A stretch of 48,222 nt of DNA from Klebsormidium nitens (GCA_000708835.1 DF237471.1:1-48222); one strand, 5' to 3'. Shown: positions 35,301 through 46,130, counted from the stretch's first letter. The notes: generated from the letters alone by a model not told the origin. A program made the numbers and translations.

Positions 35301-36429
35301 AACACGTGACGTTTTCCATGATCCTGCCAGTAACCGTTAAGCTCCGGGATTCTTTAACTGCGTATTCCGTTGGTAGGTCACAGGTTGCGTTTGATAGCAT
35401 CCGCTGGTCAAGCGTCAAGAGCTGAATTTCGAAACATTCAGAATTGAGAAAGCCTTACAGGCTTGAGCTTCCGTGCTGATGTTCGTCATCTTTGCTCAAA
35501 ACGGTCCTTCGATAAAACAAAACATTTGCTGCCAAACTCGTTCTGAAACTAAGACAGCTTGTCGGCTTAGTCGCGGTCAAGAAGACTCGTGTTCGACATG
35601 GTCTTTCCACAGGGCCAATTCAGCTTGTCCATGAGGTTCAGACCCGGCCGAACCGCGTCAATTCCGATTGACTCCGTTTCCTAAGCAAGGGTAAAAGCCC
35701 CGCTAATGCGCTCGAGCAGATTTAAAAACGTTCTCCTCGTCAGTGCATAGACATACCGGTCCGTTCCCGGTTGTTTATCCCGCTGTGTCGTTGCTATTCT
35801 CTGTCGGGCAATTGGTCAATCGGGTCCGAGTCATCAGGTTGATGAGTGTTTTACAGCTTGACAGGCGGGCCGCAGAACTTCGCGATGGTCGAAATCGCAG
35901 CACTACCGTCCGATTTCAACATAAGGACTCCAGTCTGCAAAGTTTAGACAGGGGGTTTCGGGGTTGCAAACTTTGGCAGGACCGGTTCCGATACTGGGGT
36001 TCAAAGAAACCTTGCCTAACCCGACACAAACGAAAGATCGAGAGCGTTCATTTTTTGACGTCAAAATCTGAACGGCAGCGCTGCGATTCCGGGTCGTCCC
36101 CCAGCCATTTCGTGGTTCTGCGGTCCGCCTGTTGACAGCTGGACAGAGGCATGCCGGCGGTTTGAATCGGAGAGCGCAGCGCTCGTCTTGCTTGATACTT
36201 TGATACTGCTGAAAAACTTGACTTGTCAGACTATCAAGCAGGGGACTCTTAGCAGTATACCACAGCTAAGGACATGCTCCTATAGTCGGGTGGATAGTCA
36301 GGTGGATAGTTAACGCTAATAGGCCCAGCAACGATTCCGGGGTAAAACAAGATGTTGTTAGTACTTGAGTAGCGAGCGTCAAATCTTAGCTGGAAAAACG
36401 GGTTGCGTGCAAAAAGGTATGAGAATTCT

Positions 36430-36502
36430 GTGGCAGGGACGATGTCAAGCTGGGATTGGTGCTACGTGTCGTGCCACCCACCGTCTCTTGACTCGGAGCC
36501 GT
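36430..36502 (+). ncRNA. K-turn module
   Basis: GTGGC-AGG-GACG ... CGGA-GCCGT; internal GTCAAG/CTTGAC, TGGG/CCCA. Confidence 0.68.
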
Positions 36503-37213
36503 AGACCCTGACTCTAAGCCAGCGGCCTCTTCCGTCCATTGCTGAATTAGTAGGCTTGAAAATTACCAAGCAGTATTGCACCGGTAGGCCCGTCTGCGCC
36601 CGTTGGTTATTCGCTGATCCGTCCTTAGTTGCTAAAATTGCTCTCCGTTGGTTTGTGCATCCTTCCGTCCATTCAACCCTGGTCGTCCGCTCGGGTACAG
36701 TTGAAAATTCTGGATGGTGGCCGCCGGGCTTAACGATCCTTTGACAATCCACCTGATCGGTCATTCTCAGAGCCTACCTCCACCATCCTCTTATCATCGG
36801 AGTCCAATAGAGTTCTTTTGTTGGGCACCAAGGGCTGTCTTCAAAAACAGAATTGTTGGGCGTCGCTCGAGGTGCCGTCACGGTGCTAAGGACATCCGGC
36901 AACTCTTTTAGGGATGCCTTGCTTTCAGAAGGACTAGTCGCTGCCAAAGTGTCAATCTGCAAGGCAGCTTGTGAAGCGGTTTGTCTGAGTGCTGTCGGGT
37001 TGTCTCAAGTGTTGGTCACTTGGTCCTAAATCTTTTGAGTCCAGTTTGAATTTGTGACAATCTTGCTCAGATGCAATCGTCAAACGTATCCCCCTGCTTG
37101 ACTGCTGACATTACTGAAGACGGCATCAAAGAGCTTTACTTCCGAGTTCTTCCATGCAACTCCGTTTGAAATCGAACCGTCTCCACCGCCCGGAACGGGA
37201 GTTCAATACGGCC

Positions 37214-37286
37214 TCGGCAAGGATGTTCGTGCAACGATAGTGCTTTAGTTGCATCATGCATATCGTCTCTTTGAACCTCGAGCCAA
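37214..37286 (+). ncRNA. K-turn module
   Basis: GGC-AAG-GATG ... TCGA-GCC; internal GTTC/GAAC, TGCAAC/GTTGCA. Confidence 0.6.
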
Positions 37287-37458
37287 CCGTCCTCGAAGCG
37301 ATAAAAGTTTGTTCGAAAATCCGGTGAAAGTACATGTGAATCCTCGAAGGCCCCACCGCACCGTTCATTTTTTGATCAGGTTCTCTAGGTGAAAACGAAC
37401 TTTAGAACTTGCTTTCGTCCACTTCCTGGATCAGGCCGCTTGGCATCGACATGGTTGG

Positions 37459-37526
37459 CCTTGCGAGTCGCTCGTTTTTTTGTTAGGCAGCACTGCTACG
37501 CAGTTCCCCTTGCGAGTCGCTCGTTT
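37459..37526. repeat. 19-bp direct repeat x2
   Basis: CCTTGCGAGTCGCTCGTTT at 37459 and 37508. Confidence 0.85.
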
Positions 37527-37666
37527 CGCAAGTGTGACCTTCTTCAATCTGGTCCTGCGCCTGTACACTCCCTTTTACTTGCGGCTATCAAAGCTCTTCC
37601 AGTTCTCGAGGTCGTGTTTTTGCCCAAAATGCTAGATTCCCCACGCGTGCAAACCGTCATTATACA

Positions 37667-37738
37667 GCGGCTATGCGGCACAAAGTTTTGGTGCGCCTGC
37701 CAGAAGCTTCCACGTTGCTACCTTTACGATCTGAGCCG
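37667..37738 (+). ncRNA. Module, TAT-GCGG class
   Basis: CGGC-TAT-GCGG ... CTGA-GCCG. Confidence 0.5.
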
Positions 37739-38035
37739 GAACTCCTCGCCCACATTGCGTTTTGTGTCCAACAAGCTTAGCAAAAGGAACACTGTTTCCC
37801 GCCCACAATAAGCATTCCGCTTGCATTTTTTAGAAGCGCTGCGGACGCACCTGATCGAAATGAATACTGCGGCGCCACCATCTTTTTTTATCTGTTCTTA
37901 TGCGTTGCCGGGACGCTGCGTCTGACTTCTGCTGCGCGGCAAGGTTAATTGCCTATTTCATCGCTGCTTCCCTCATCAGCAGCTATTGGACTACACAGAA
38001 CAACAAGGCCTGATTCTGACTTCTATATTCAAATC

Positions 38036-38107
38036 CTGGCAGTGACGACTGCTCCTCTTGTGGGCCATGCGAGTGTCTCACCATGCTAATGGAGGCTTCG
38101 AAGCCAC
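38036..38107 (+). ncRNA. K-turn module
   Basis: TGGC-AGT-GACG ... TCGA-A-GCCA; internal CTCC/GGAG. Confidence 0.5.
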
Positions 38108-38625
38108 CTTAGCCTTTTCCATGTTGTCACTCTGAACCACTTGGCCCCTGAGGCTGGCATGACGCGCTCATCAGCACTTAAAGTCGACACTACTTCAAAG
38201 GCGCAGTCGCTTGCGCCAGCTTTGTAGGCAACTTTAAACCCCGAATCAATCCCGTCACGAGCAAGTATGACTTGGCCGGTGCTTTGTTCAAGAAGACACA
38301 GTTGTCCGTCCTGTCCCCTGCCCTTTCTTCGTACACCGTGCCACACAAATCTGACCCTTCTTTTGCAGCGTGCGATTCCGCCCATTCTTTCCTGTTGCTT
38401 CTTTGTTGTTCTAAACGTCTACTAGAACCTCTTTGTGATGCTTTTCAGCTTCGTATCAAATACCAGGACATAAAGTTTTTTTTTGGTGCTAGCAGGAGAG
38501 TTCCAAGTCACAGTGTTTGCAAGGGGACTTGATAATCTGGGGACTGAAGGGTTAGCAAGTGTATTATCTCTGCAGCAACGTCCGTTCACTTGAGGGTCTT
38601 GGTACGTACTCGGTAGTGCTCAGTA

Positions 38626-38697
38626 GGTGGCAGGGACGCCCGTAAAGCCTGGCCTGAAATCAGCCATTAGCGGGTGAATAAGTCGCCCTGAGCCACC
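38626..38697 (+). ncRNA. K-turn module
   Basis: GGTGGC-AGG-GACG ... CTGA-GCCACC; internal CCCGT/GCGGG, GGC/GCC. Confidence 0.72.
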
Positions 38698-39019
38698 CTC
38701 TTTGGCGCAAGAATGGCACCACGTCATGAAGGAAGCCCAAATCATTGCGCGGACTGGTATGTTTCAAGGCATTCTCTGTCTTGACGACCCCGAATCATAG
38801 CATGCAAATCTGTCTCGCTTCGGCCACAAGCCGGTCGTATGCTTTCCTTTCAAGAACGGAAAAATGTGTGCCGATCTTATGGCACCACTTATTTAAAAGT
38901 CGAACGGTGCCACATGGCACGCCACTTTCTTTCGGCGACGGCGACTGTCGGCCATTTGTCCCGTTCGTCGGCTGCAATTTGAATCTAATCCATCCGGCAC
39001 GATCCTCTAAAAGCTGGTT

Positions 39020-39370
39020 AGCTTGCTTTCCGTTCCGTTCGTTGATTGTTCTGTCCGTAACCTGTTGCTGGGCACCGTCGGTTTCCGTTTCCTGTCTTTC
39101 CACTTCTCCGTTCCGCCCTGCGCGCTCCGTCTCCCTAAGAGGGATGACTCGTCTAGCCTGTGAAAGTCCTGTTCCGGAGCCCCTGCTTCTGCCCGTTCTC
39201 GCTTTGGACGTCCCAACCGGGGCCGCCCTTCCATTCCGCCGTTCCGCCCGTCCAATCCGCCGTTCCGTCCAACCATTTCGCCGGTCGACTCGGCGACCTT
39301 CAATCTCTCTTCCCCCTGTGCGTCCTTTTATCGTCCATATTTTGAATCAACGTTGCCCTCCCTTCACCAA
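39020..39370 (+). repeat. CCGT-rich pyrimidine tract
   Basis: TCCGCCGTTCCG repeats, A-poor. Confidence 0.55.
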
Positions 39371-39664
39371 ACGATAAGGTTTGGGTCTCCTCCCCTCCTC
39401 GTATATTATCCACCGCATGATTTTCGAAACGGGCACTGCCGGACCTAGTCTAGCTCATTTCGCGCTGATGTGGCAGCAAGCTAGGGACTGGTTGCTGCAG
39501 AGCATTTAATTTGAGCCGGTGCAAACGAACCCCTTCTTACTTTCACGCAATTAGTTGATTTCTTGCAAGACATCAGGTCACCGAAAGCTAAGTCCCTCAA
39601 GGATAACACGTTGCATCCTGGAGTTTATAGTATCTAAAGCGACTCATTTTTTGCGCTTCCATCG

Positions 39665-39745
39665 GTGGCGAGGATGGACACCGCTTGATGAGAAACGTAG
39701 CTTCAAGCTCGAAGGTGTGACTGCAATGCAGCAAACCTGAGCCAT
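39665..39745 (+). ncRNA. K-turn module
   Basis: GTGGC-GAG-GATG ... CTGA-GCCAT; internal CACC/GGTG, GCTTGA/TCAAGC. Confidence 0.72.
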
Positions 39746-39936
39746 ACGGTGTCTCCCATTTTCCCAATCAGATCACATGCTTGGTAAACGCGGTTTGATG
39801 CCTGGCACTTAGTGTGCTTGATCGTGTCCTCATTGTACTTCGAGGCGCTAGCTCCCGGCGCCCGTTCTAAACCGGCTTGCGCCTTGAGTTGCTCGACGAA
39901 CAGTTTGCCTTCTAGATCTAGGAGAGCAGTTGTCTT

Positions 39937-40015
39937 GTGGCAATGACGTAAGGATTTTTGACGTGGCCGTGACATGCATAGCCAATTCTCATCACGTAAT
40001 CCACACGCAGAGCCT
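39937..40015 (+). ncRNA. K-turn module
   Basis: GGC-AAT-GACG ... CAGA-GCC; internal GGATT/AATCC, ACGTG/CACGT. Confidence 0.55.
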
Positions 40016-40730
40016 CCCCTAAATTTCGTTGTCCAGGCTTTCAGCTTATTGATGGAGTTATGGCGCCACCTTGCCAAGTGCTTAGCGCTCAGGGCGGACT
40101 ATAGTCTTATAGTTGCTAGCTCGCGGTTCGATTTTTACGATCCAAGCCTAGCCTGCGAACTTAGTCTTTCTTGAAAGATTCAAACTTTCATCTTGTTGGA
40201 TCTGCACCCCTCGAAAGACAACAGCATGCATCTGAAGAGTCTCTTGGCACAACGTCGTGCTTCGCCTGGTGAATCCAACGTTAAGCCGCTATTTGATTGC
40301 TAGCAAAAGTACTACGTAGCGACCAAGACCCTCGGGTTCAGCAGTCTTGTTCAGCAGATCTTGTTTACTGGGTATCTCTGAGCAACTCGTCCTATGTTTT
40401 TTTGACATGTGGTGTCGTTTCTCTGCCAGGTTACTTCAACGAATTGGAAGCGACCGACAATGCTTCTCAGCTTCGAATTCTGATAGGCCGTGTCAGATGA
40501 GTCCTTGTCCGATGAACTCAAAGCCGTTTTCGTTTGGCTATGGCGTTAACGAACTTTACTCTGGGCCCTTTTTGAGCTTGTTCATCAACGATTTGATCTT
40601 TTATGCGCAGCTATAGATTGTCTTGTACGTTAACTTATCGTTGTTGCCCGGAGCGACCAGCAGGAGTTTCTAGATAGCCCCACTTCCAACCCTTGGACTT
40701 GTCGTCCCCGTGCCACGGGCATTGAGCATA

Positions 40731-40805
40731 TTGGCAGTGACGTCGGTCCTGGCTTGGCGCTTTATGAGGCGCTAAGTTTTTTTCGCTACGTCAAGTCTGA
40801 GCCAT
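40731..40805 (+). ncRNA. K-turn module
   Basis: TGGC-AGT-GACG ... CTGA-GCCA; internal CTTGGCGC/GCGCTAAG. Confidence 0.7.
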
Positions 40806-40979
40806 GAATCCTAGTTGTGTCTCGATGGGCTGATTGGCACGCAGATGAAACTTGGGATGAGTCCCTTTAAAGGGCCGTCACGGTCGGATAGAGTGGGCGC
40901 TTTCCGAGCAGACAAATCCAGCCAGTTCCCGTCTTGAGCAAGTTTTAAATGCGTCTGCTGACAAAAGAAATCGAGTCAG

Positions 40980-41057
40980 GCGGCAGAGATGGTTTTTTGT
41001 ATGGCGCTCCGGATTCAAGGCGGCGCCAGCTTTCTTTTTCGAGTAATTATGAGCCGC
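40980..41057 (+). ncRNA. K-turn module
   Basis: GCGGC-AGA-GATG ... ATGA-GCCGC; internal TGGCGC/GCGCCA. Confidence 0.62.
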
Positions 41058-41299
41058 GCGTCCTCAGTGTAAGGCGCTTTCAATTCCTGCCACGCTAGAG
41101 CAGTTGCAGATACGCTAAATCTTCCTCACCTGAGCCAAGTCGACTTGCTAAAAGTTCTGCCCTTAAAGTTGGCACGTCAAAAAGTAGATGCCTCTCAGAT
41201 TCTGCATACGCCTCGATTCCTGAGACAAAGCCTCGATTAAAGAGTGCGTGACCCGCACTTTGTGGCAGCCTTTCGAATATTTCGTATGCTGCCCGGTTG

Positions 41300-41630
41300 C
41301 TCATCCGTCGGGCCGAACTGGATGGCCTTGTCTTTTCTCCTCCGACTGCGCTTTAAGTTCGTCCCTGTCCGCCCGTCCTTTGTCCGGCTCCAGGCCACTG
41401 CTTCGTAACTGGTTTGTCCGATCTCGTTTCCACGTCGCACTTTATAGTAGCTCCACCGCAACTCCCCTTCCTTCTTTCTCAGCGCCTACTTGGTTTTTCC
41501 TCCGAGAAATGTTGTGTTGCGTCCGTCCATGTGCATTGTGGTCCGCAGTGCCTTTGTCTTTTCCAATCTGTTCCCTGTATAACTTATCATCCGTTGGGCG
41601 CGCTCTCGTCCGTCCCTTCCCGCAAACTGT
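41300..41630 (+). repeat. CCGT-rich pyrimidine tract (paralog at 43150-43500)
   Basis: C/T-rich, CCGTCC words. Confidence 0.5.
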
Positions 41631-41807
41631 TCTTTAGATTCCCATCTCTTAACAGATTTCTGATCTGAAGTCTTTAGGACATATATTACGGTCCGGTTTA
41701 TCTTGCCGTCCTTGATAAGATTGTCAATCGCCCCCGTCCCTATGAAGGTCAGCGCCAGAATCTGAGCAAAGTTGCTCGGTCAAAACCTGACTCTTTTCTT
41801 GATTGAC

Positions 41808-41892
41808 GTGGCAAGGAAGGACCTCGCCCGCTGGCCATCTTGCGACAGCGCCAGCGGGAGTTCTGCGCGTGCGATTTCGAGCTCTGAGCCAT
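41808..41892 (+). ncRNA. K-turn module
   Basis: GTGGC-AAG-GAAG ... CTGA-GCCAT; internal CCCGCTGGC/GCCAGCGGG, TCGC/GCGA. Confidence 0.72.
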
Positions 41893-42364
41893 CTTCGCCT
41901 GATCACCAATTTTTATGAGAATCAGCCCCAGAGAGGATTTGAGTGGGCAAGCACCTAAAAACATCTTGACCTGCTTACTGGCGGAGATTGAAACTGGGTG
42001 GGCCGCTTCTATCCAAGACGAATGGTGATGTCCAGATAAGGGAAACCTTCTTTTGCAAGCACCTTCTTTTTGCATCTGCACGGCGGTCGAATGCCAAGCC
42101 CTGCGCCAAACGTACCCTATTGAGATCAAGCTTGAATCCGGTCTTTTCATACGCATTCTCCCAGTGCCAAGTAGGTTAAATCATTCTAGAATCAACAAGG
42201 GTCCTCATTGGCCCGGGTGTGTGCTTGAATTTCAAGTCTTCTGAGCGTGATTGCCCGTGTTTCTAGTTTTAGCCAGCCGTATCGCTGCTTAGAGGGATAC
42301 CCGCGCTTTAAGTAGATACGCAGTTTTGTTAACAAGTTAATTTTGAAGATGTCACACAAGGGCC

Positions 42365-42444
42365 GGGCAAGGAAGACGACACCATTGGTGAAGCATCGAT
42401 GCTTCAACCTTGGACTTCCTGCTGCTTGTGCACAATCTGAGCCT
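42365..42444 (+). ncRNA. K-turn module (palindromic-core family)
   Basis: GGGC-AAG-GAAG ... CTGA-GCCT; internal GAAGCAT/ATGCTTC. Confidence 0.68.
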
Positions 42445-42729
42445 CCTACGGGCCTCGTCTTACCACTGTACTTCACACCAGGCTTCAAATGATTGGATTG
42501 CATTCTGCTACGTTGAACGAAAGTTGTCGCAGTATTTGATCAAACATGGTGAAACTGGGTTCCAGAGATTTCTTCTGAACTGTGAAGCGCTACCAATTAG
42601 CCTGCCTGTAGACAAAGAAGGATCTTTGAACTGACGCGCTTGGTTGTCGTTGAAGCGACCAGAGGAAACCTTTAGCCCCACTGCCAAACCACACACACTT
42701 GTCATTCCCGTGCCACGGCAAAGAAGCAA

Positions 42730-42807
42730 TGTGGCATTGACGTGGGTCCTAGCTTGTCGCTTTATGAGGCGCTAAGTTTTTACTCAATCCCTCAAGTCTG
42801 AGCCATA
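42730..42807 (+). ncRNA. K-turn module
   Basis: TGTGGC-ATT-GACG ... CTGA-GCCATA; paralog of 40731. Confidence 0.7.
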
Positions 42808-43685
42808 AAACCTAGTGGTGTTCCGGCTGCTTGATGGGCTTTTTAAAATGCATGGGAGCTTTTCTGGAGCCTTCGGGTGAGTGGGCATGCACTTGCCATC
42901 AGTTTCCTCTTTGCTTTGTGACTTACGTCCTCATGATTACGCGTCACGGCTTCCGCTATTTGAGAAGTCAGGCGGGCAAAGGTACGTCAATTAGACGACA
43001 GATTGAAAACCTGAGCCAAGTTGAATATCTAACAGTTCTGCCCTTAAGGTGGGCAGGAGGGACAGTAGATGCTTGTCAGATTCTGCATACGCTCAGCTAG
43101 AAAGTGCGTGGCCTACAATTTCAAAGAAAATGCCATTGGAACGTTTCGTATGTTGCCCGGTCGCCCATCCGTCGGGCCGATTTAGATGGCCTCGTCTTTG
43201 CTTCTCCGATCGCGCTTTTAACTTTGTTCCTGCCCGCCCGTCCTGCGTCCGGCTTCAGTCCACTTCTTTGTATCTGTTCCGTCCGCTCTCGTTTTTACGT
43301 CGCAGTTTTCAGCTCCACTGCAGTCTCCATCTCTTCGTTTCTAGATCAGCGCCTACTTGCGTTTTCCTTTGAAGATTCTTCTGTGCGTCCGTCCACCTGC
43401 GTTCTGGTCCGCAGGGCCTATGTCTTTTCCGATTCGTTCCGTAAACAAATCCGTGTTCTGGCCGGCGCGATTTCGTTTGCCCGTTCTCGCAAACTGTTCC
43501 TTAAGCCACAGTCTCTCAACAGCCTTCCATTCTAAAGGTTGTCGGTCTTGAGGACATGAGTACAGTCCGTATTATTACGTCCTCCTTTATAAGATTGCCC
43601 CCGTCCCATGAAGGTCAGCGCCAGAATCTGGGTGCATGCCATTGATTGGCCAAAATCCGACTTTGTCTTGATTGTCTTGATTGAC

Positions 43686-43767
43686 GTGGGAAGGAAGGAC
43701 ATCGCCCTTTGGCCATGTTATGACAGCGCCAGGGAGAATCGCATGGCGATTTCAAGCTCTGAGCCAT
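43686..43767 (+). ncRNA. K-turn module with a closing-pair mutation
   Basis: GTGGG-AAG-GAAG ... CTGA-GCCAT; paralog of 41808. Confidence 0.5.
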
Positions 43768-44227
43768 CTCGGCGGACCACTAGTTCGGGAAACTCGCCCC
43801 ATCCAGTGAAATTGATTGGGCAAGCACAGATTCACCCGTCACCCTGCTTACTAGCAGATGTTGAAGTCCACCTGGGGCCTTGTAGCTCCATCAAGATAAC
43901 GTTCAAATTACCATCTTATTCTTGAAAAGGCCTTATTGTTCATATGCAGGGCCGTCGGCTGCCCTGCCCTGCGTTCAAACGTACCCCGTTGGGATCAAGC
44001 TTGAAGTCTGTCGTCTCGATTGAATTCTGCAGATGAATAGTGGGCTGTAATTTGTTTTTGAAGGGCTTGATGTGTGCTCGATCTACTTCTTAAGATACGA
44101 AAGCGACTGCCGTTGTTCAAGTTCTCTCAATAAACTAGACTGTTTGTTAAAAGGGTGGTTCTGCACTGCGAGCTGTGGGTAAGCGGGTACGTTTGTTTGC
44201 AGAAAAGTTAAGAAATGGTCTCAAAAG

Positions 44228-44304
44228 GGGCAAGGATGACTGACACCATTGGTGAAGCATGCACCAATGCTTCGACCATGTCCTTGCTGTCTCTTTCCGA
44301 GCCT
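44228..44304 (+). ncRNA. K-turn module (palindromic-core family)
   Basis: GGGC-AAG-GATGA-CTGA ... CCGA-GCCT; internal CATTGGTG/CACCAATG. Confidence 0.68.
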
Positions 44305-44462
44305 ACCTCCCTAGTCCCAGATCGAGATCATCTGCACTAGACGGCTCTGATTGTTTAATTGAAGGTCTCTTGAAAACCCGTGGGCGGTAGGTGATGAACA
44401 TGACGAAGTTGGGCTCTACTTGCGACTTCTATTAGAGAAAGCTAGCGCTACGAAGCATGCTT

Positions 44463-44535
44463 GTGGCAAAGAAGAACTTTTGATTTATGCACTCCGTTGC
44501 GTCATGGAGGAAGTGTAAGCGAGGACTTCGAGCCG
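44463..44535 (+). ncRNA. K-turn module
   Basis: TGGC-AAA-GAAG ... TCGA-GCCG; internal CTCC/GGAG; decayed paralogs near 12903 and 42610. Confidence 0.55.
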
Positions 44536-45340
44536 GCCCGTTCTCCTGCAAGCCCATCAGTTTGAATGATTGTGTCTCTCAAATCGTGTGCATCAACTCA
44601 TTCCAAAAGGGCCGATTGCCACTCTAAAGGCTTGCATGACCTGATCATGTCGAGTATCAAAGCGTTGGCTTGTGTGGACCCAACGGAAAAGGCTGCTTCC
44701 GGGTGTGCTCTGCCTTCTGTTTGATGGTTCAAACCAAAACTGCCAGGGTCTTCCCGCCTCCAAATAAATGCTAGTGATGCTTTTGACGATTAGCCGTCTG
44801 AAAATAGGTTTTCTGATCAGGCCGTCTGGATGTATGATGGGCTCTAAGTTCGAGTGGCCGCTATAAAAGATTTCTAACCTGTCACATCAAAGCACAGTAT
44901 GATCAGGCCGCGGTGGGTCAAGCTAACTGTAATATCCAAGGCAGACGGCAAAGATTGCTACTAGCATGGCGCGCGCTCCGGCTGGCGCCATCGATCTCAA
45001 AGAACTTGAGCCGTTGCTCGTGTCCAAAGTGCAGAATCCCGTCACTTACGAGTTCTGGGATTTTCCTCTAAAATTCAGGCTTGTCTTGTCGACGGTATTA
45101 GCTCAAACGAGCTTCGTGTCAGTCGACCAAATGCAGAGTAACGCATGCCTGCTCCAGACGGTCACGGTTTACATCCTTGGATGTTCCCTTCGTTGTATCT
45201 CCAAGTCACTCAAAGAGATCCATTTACCAGCATGTTACAAGTTGTGCCGAATAAACGTAAAGGAGCTTTCAGAATAATATTCCGTTTCGATTTTCGCCGG
45301 ATACTTTTGGAAGGAATTCTGGGGAGATTGTGGTTAAGCC

Positions 45341-45434
45341 TTGGCAAGGATGAGTCTGAGTGGTGCCTCTGTCACCAAATGCCTTCATATCTCACGGAGC
45401 TGCCAACTATTTGTAGCTATAAGTGCCGGAGCCT
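45341..45434 (+). ncRNA. K-turn module
   Basis: GGC-AAG-GATGA-GT-CTGA ... CGGA-GCC; internal GGTG/CACC, AGCT/AGCT. Confidence 0.55.
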
Positions 45435-45939
45435 GCCACCCAACTTAGGATGGAATCTAACGGACTGTCCAGGCCCGGGGTTCTCGTTTTTCGCCGAGCT
45501 CCGCCTTTCTTCCGTCAGCCGTTTCTCCGTTCAACTGCTCGCATAATAGTACGACCGTACCTGCCGATCTTCCTTCTCTTGTCAAAGCGAAGCTCGACAG
45601 CCCGTCACAGTTTCCAATTCTCGATCGCCGTTCGGAGGGCCTCCAGATCAGTTTGCGGGAAGACGACAGAAACTTTGCAGGCAGATCTGTTCCGTGTGTG
45701 TGCAAGGATGGTTTTCTAGGGGCTCCAGAAGCTGCCTCAAGGTCGTCACGAGGCGCTGACTCCCTTCAAACCTTGACCACCGGCCCGCAAGCTGCAAAAG
45801 GCCATGATTCTCAGGAGGTCCCATTTGCATCTAGTACGGCATTTTGGACTCTGGCTCCGTCACCGGAGCGCGCGTGGGCCACCTCGATCTTTCATTCTCT
45901 GCTGTCTTTGCTGCCGTAATTTGACTATCTTTGAGTAGC

Positions 45940-46130
45940 AGGGTCGACCCATTCGCCCGTACGCATGCCAATGCGTCCGCCCACGATTCTTCCGTCCGTC
46001 CGTCCATTCCCTTGCTTTCCGTTCCGGTTGGTCCATCCGTCCGCTCCGCTCCCGGTCCGTCCCATGATGTCTCTGTATGCTCCCGGTTTTGTCCGTCAGA
46101 GCCCTTCCTCCGTTCCTGCGCTCTGCCCAA
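45940..46130 (+). repeat. CCGT-rich pyrimidine tract
   Basis: TCCGTCCGTCCGTCC etc. Confidence 0.6.

Larger units (their letters stand above)
31100..36420. other. Module-free interruption of unknown nature
   Basis: No paired C/D-like module found; contains GC islands (31740-31900, 32150-32330) and sequence with no paralog seen elsewhere in the window. Confidence 0.45.
40660..44550 (+). repeat. Tandem duplication, period ~1.9-2.0 kb (40660-42680 vs 42680-44550)
   Basis: CCCGTGCCACGG, CGCTTTATGAGGCGCTAAGTTTT, AGTTCTGCCCTTAA, GAAGGTCAGCGCCAGAATCTG, CAAACGTACCC, GACACCATTGGTGAAGCAT shared. Confidence 0.85.

Noticed and set aside
34400-35750. Protein-looking - strand fragments (e.g. LFWPGKV) as a pseudogene
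   Set aside because: Stop frequency is about random and no family could be assigned without a search.
32610-36022. GGGTAGGCAA (32610) and TTGCCTAACCC (36012) as transposon TIRs
   Set aside because: Short, imperfect and no target-site duplication.
38745-39377. Longest ORF (210 aa) and other 100-170 aa ORFs (e.g. 10207-10707, 22149-22655, 47026-47508)
   Set aside because: They overlap CCGT/CT-rich tracts that suppress stop codons; low-complexity S/P/R/L or R/G/E/T composition and no recognisable domain.
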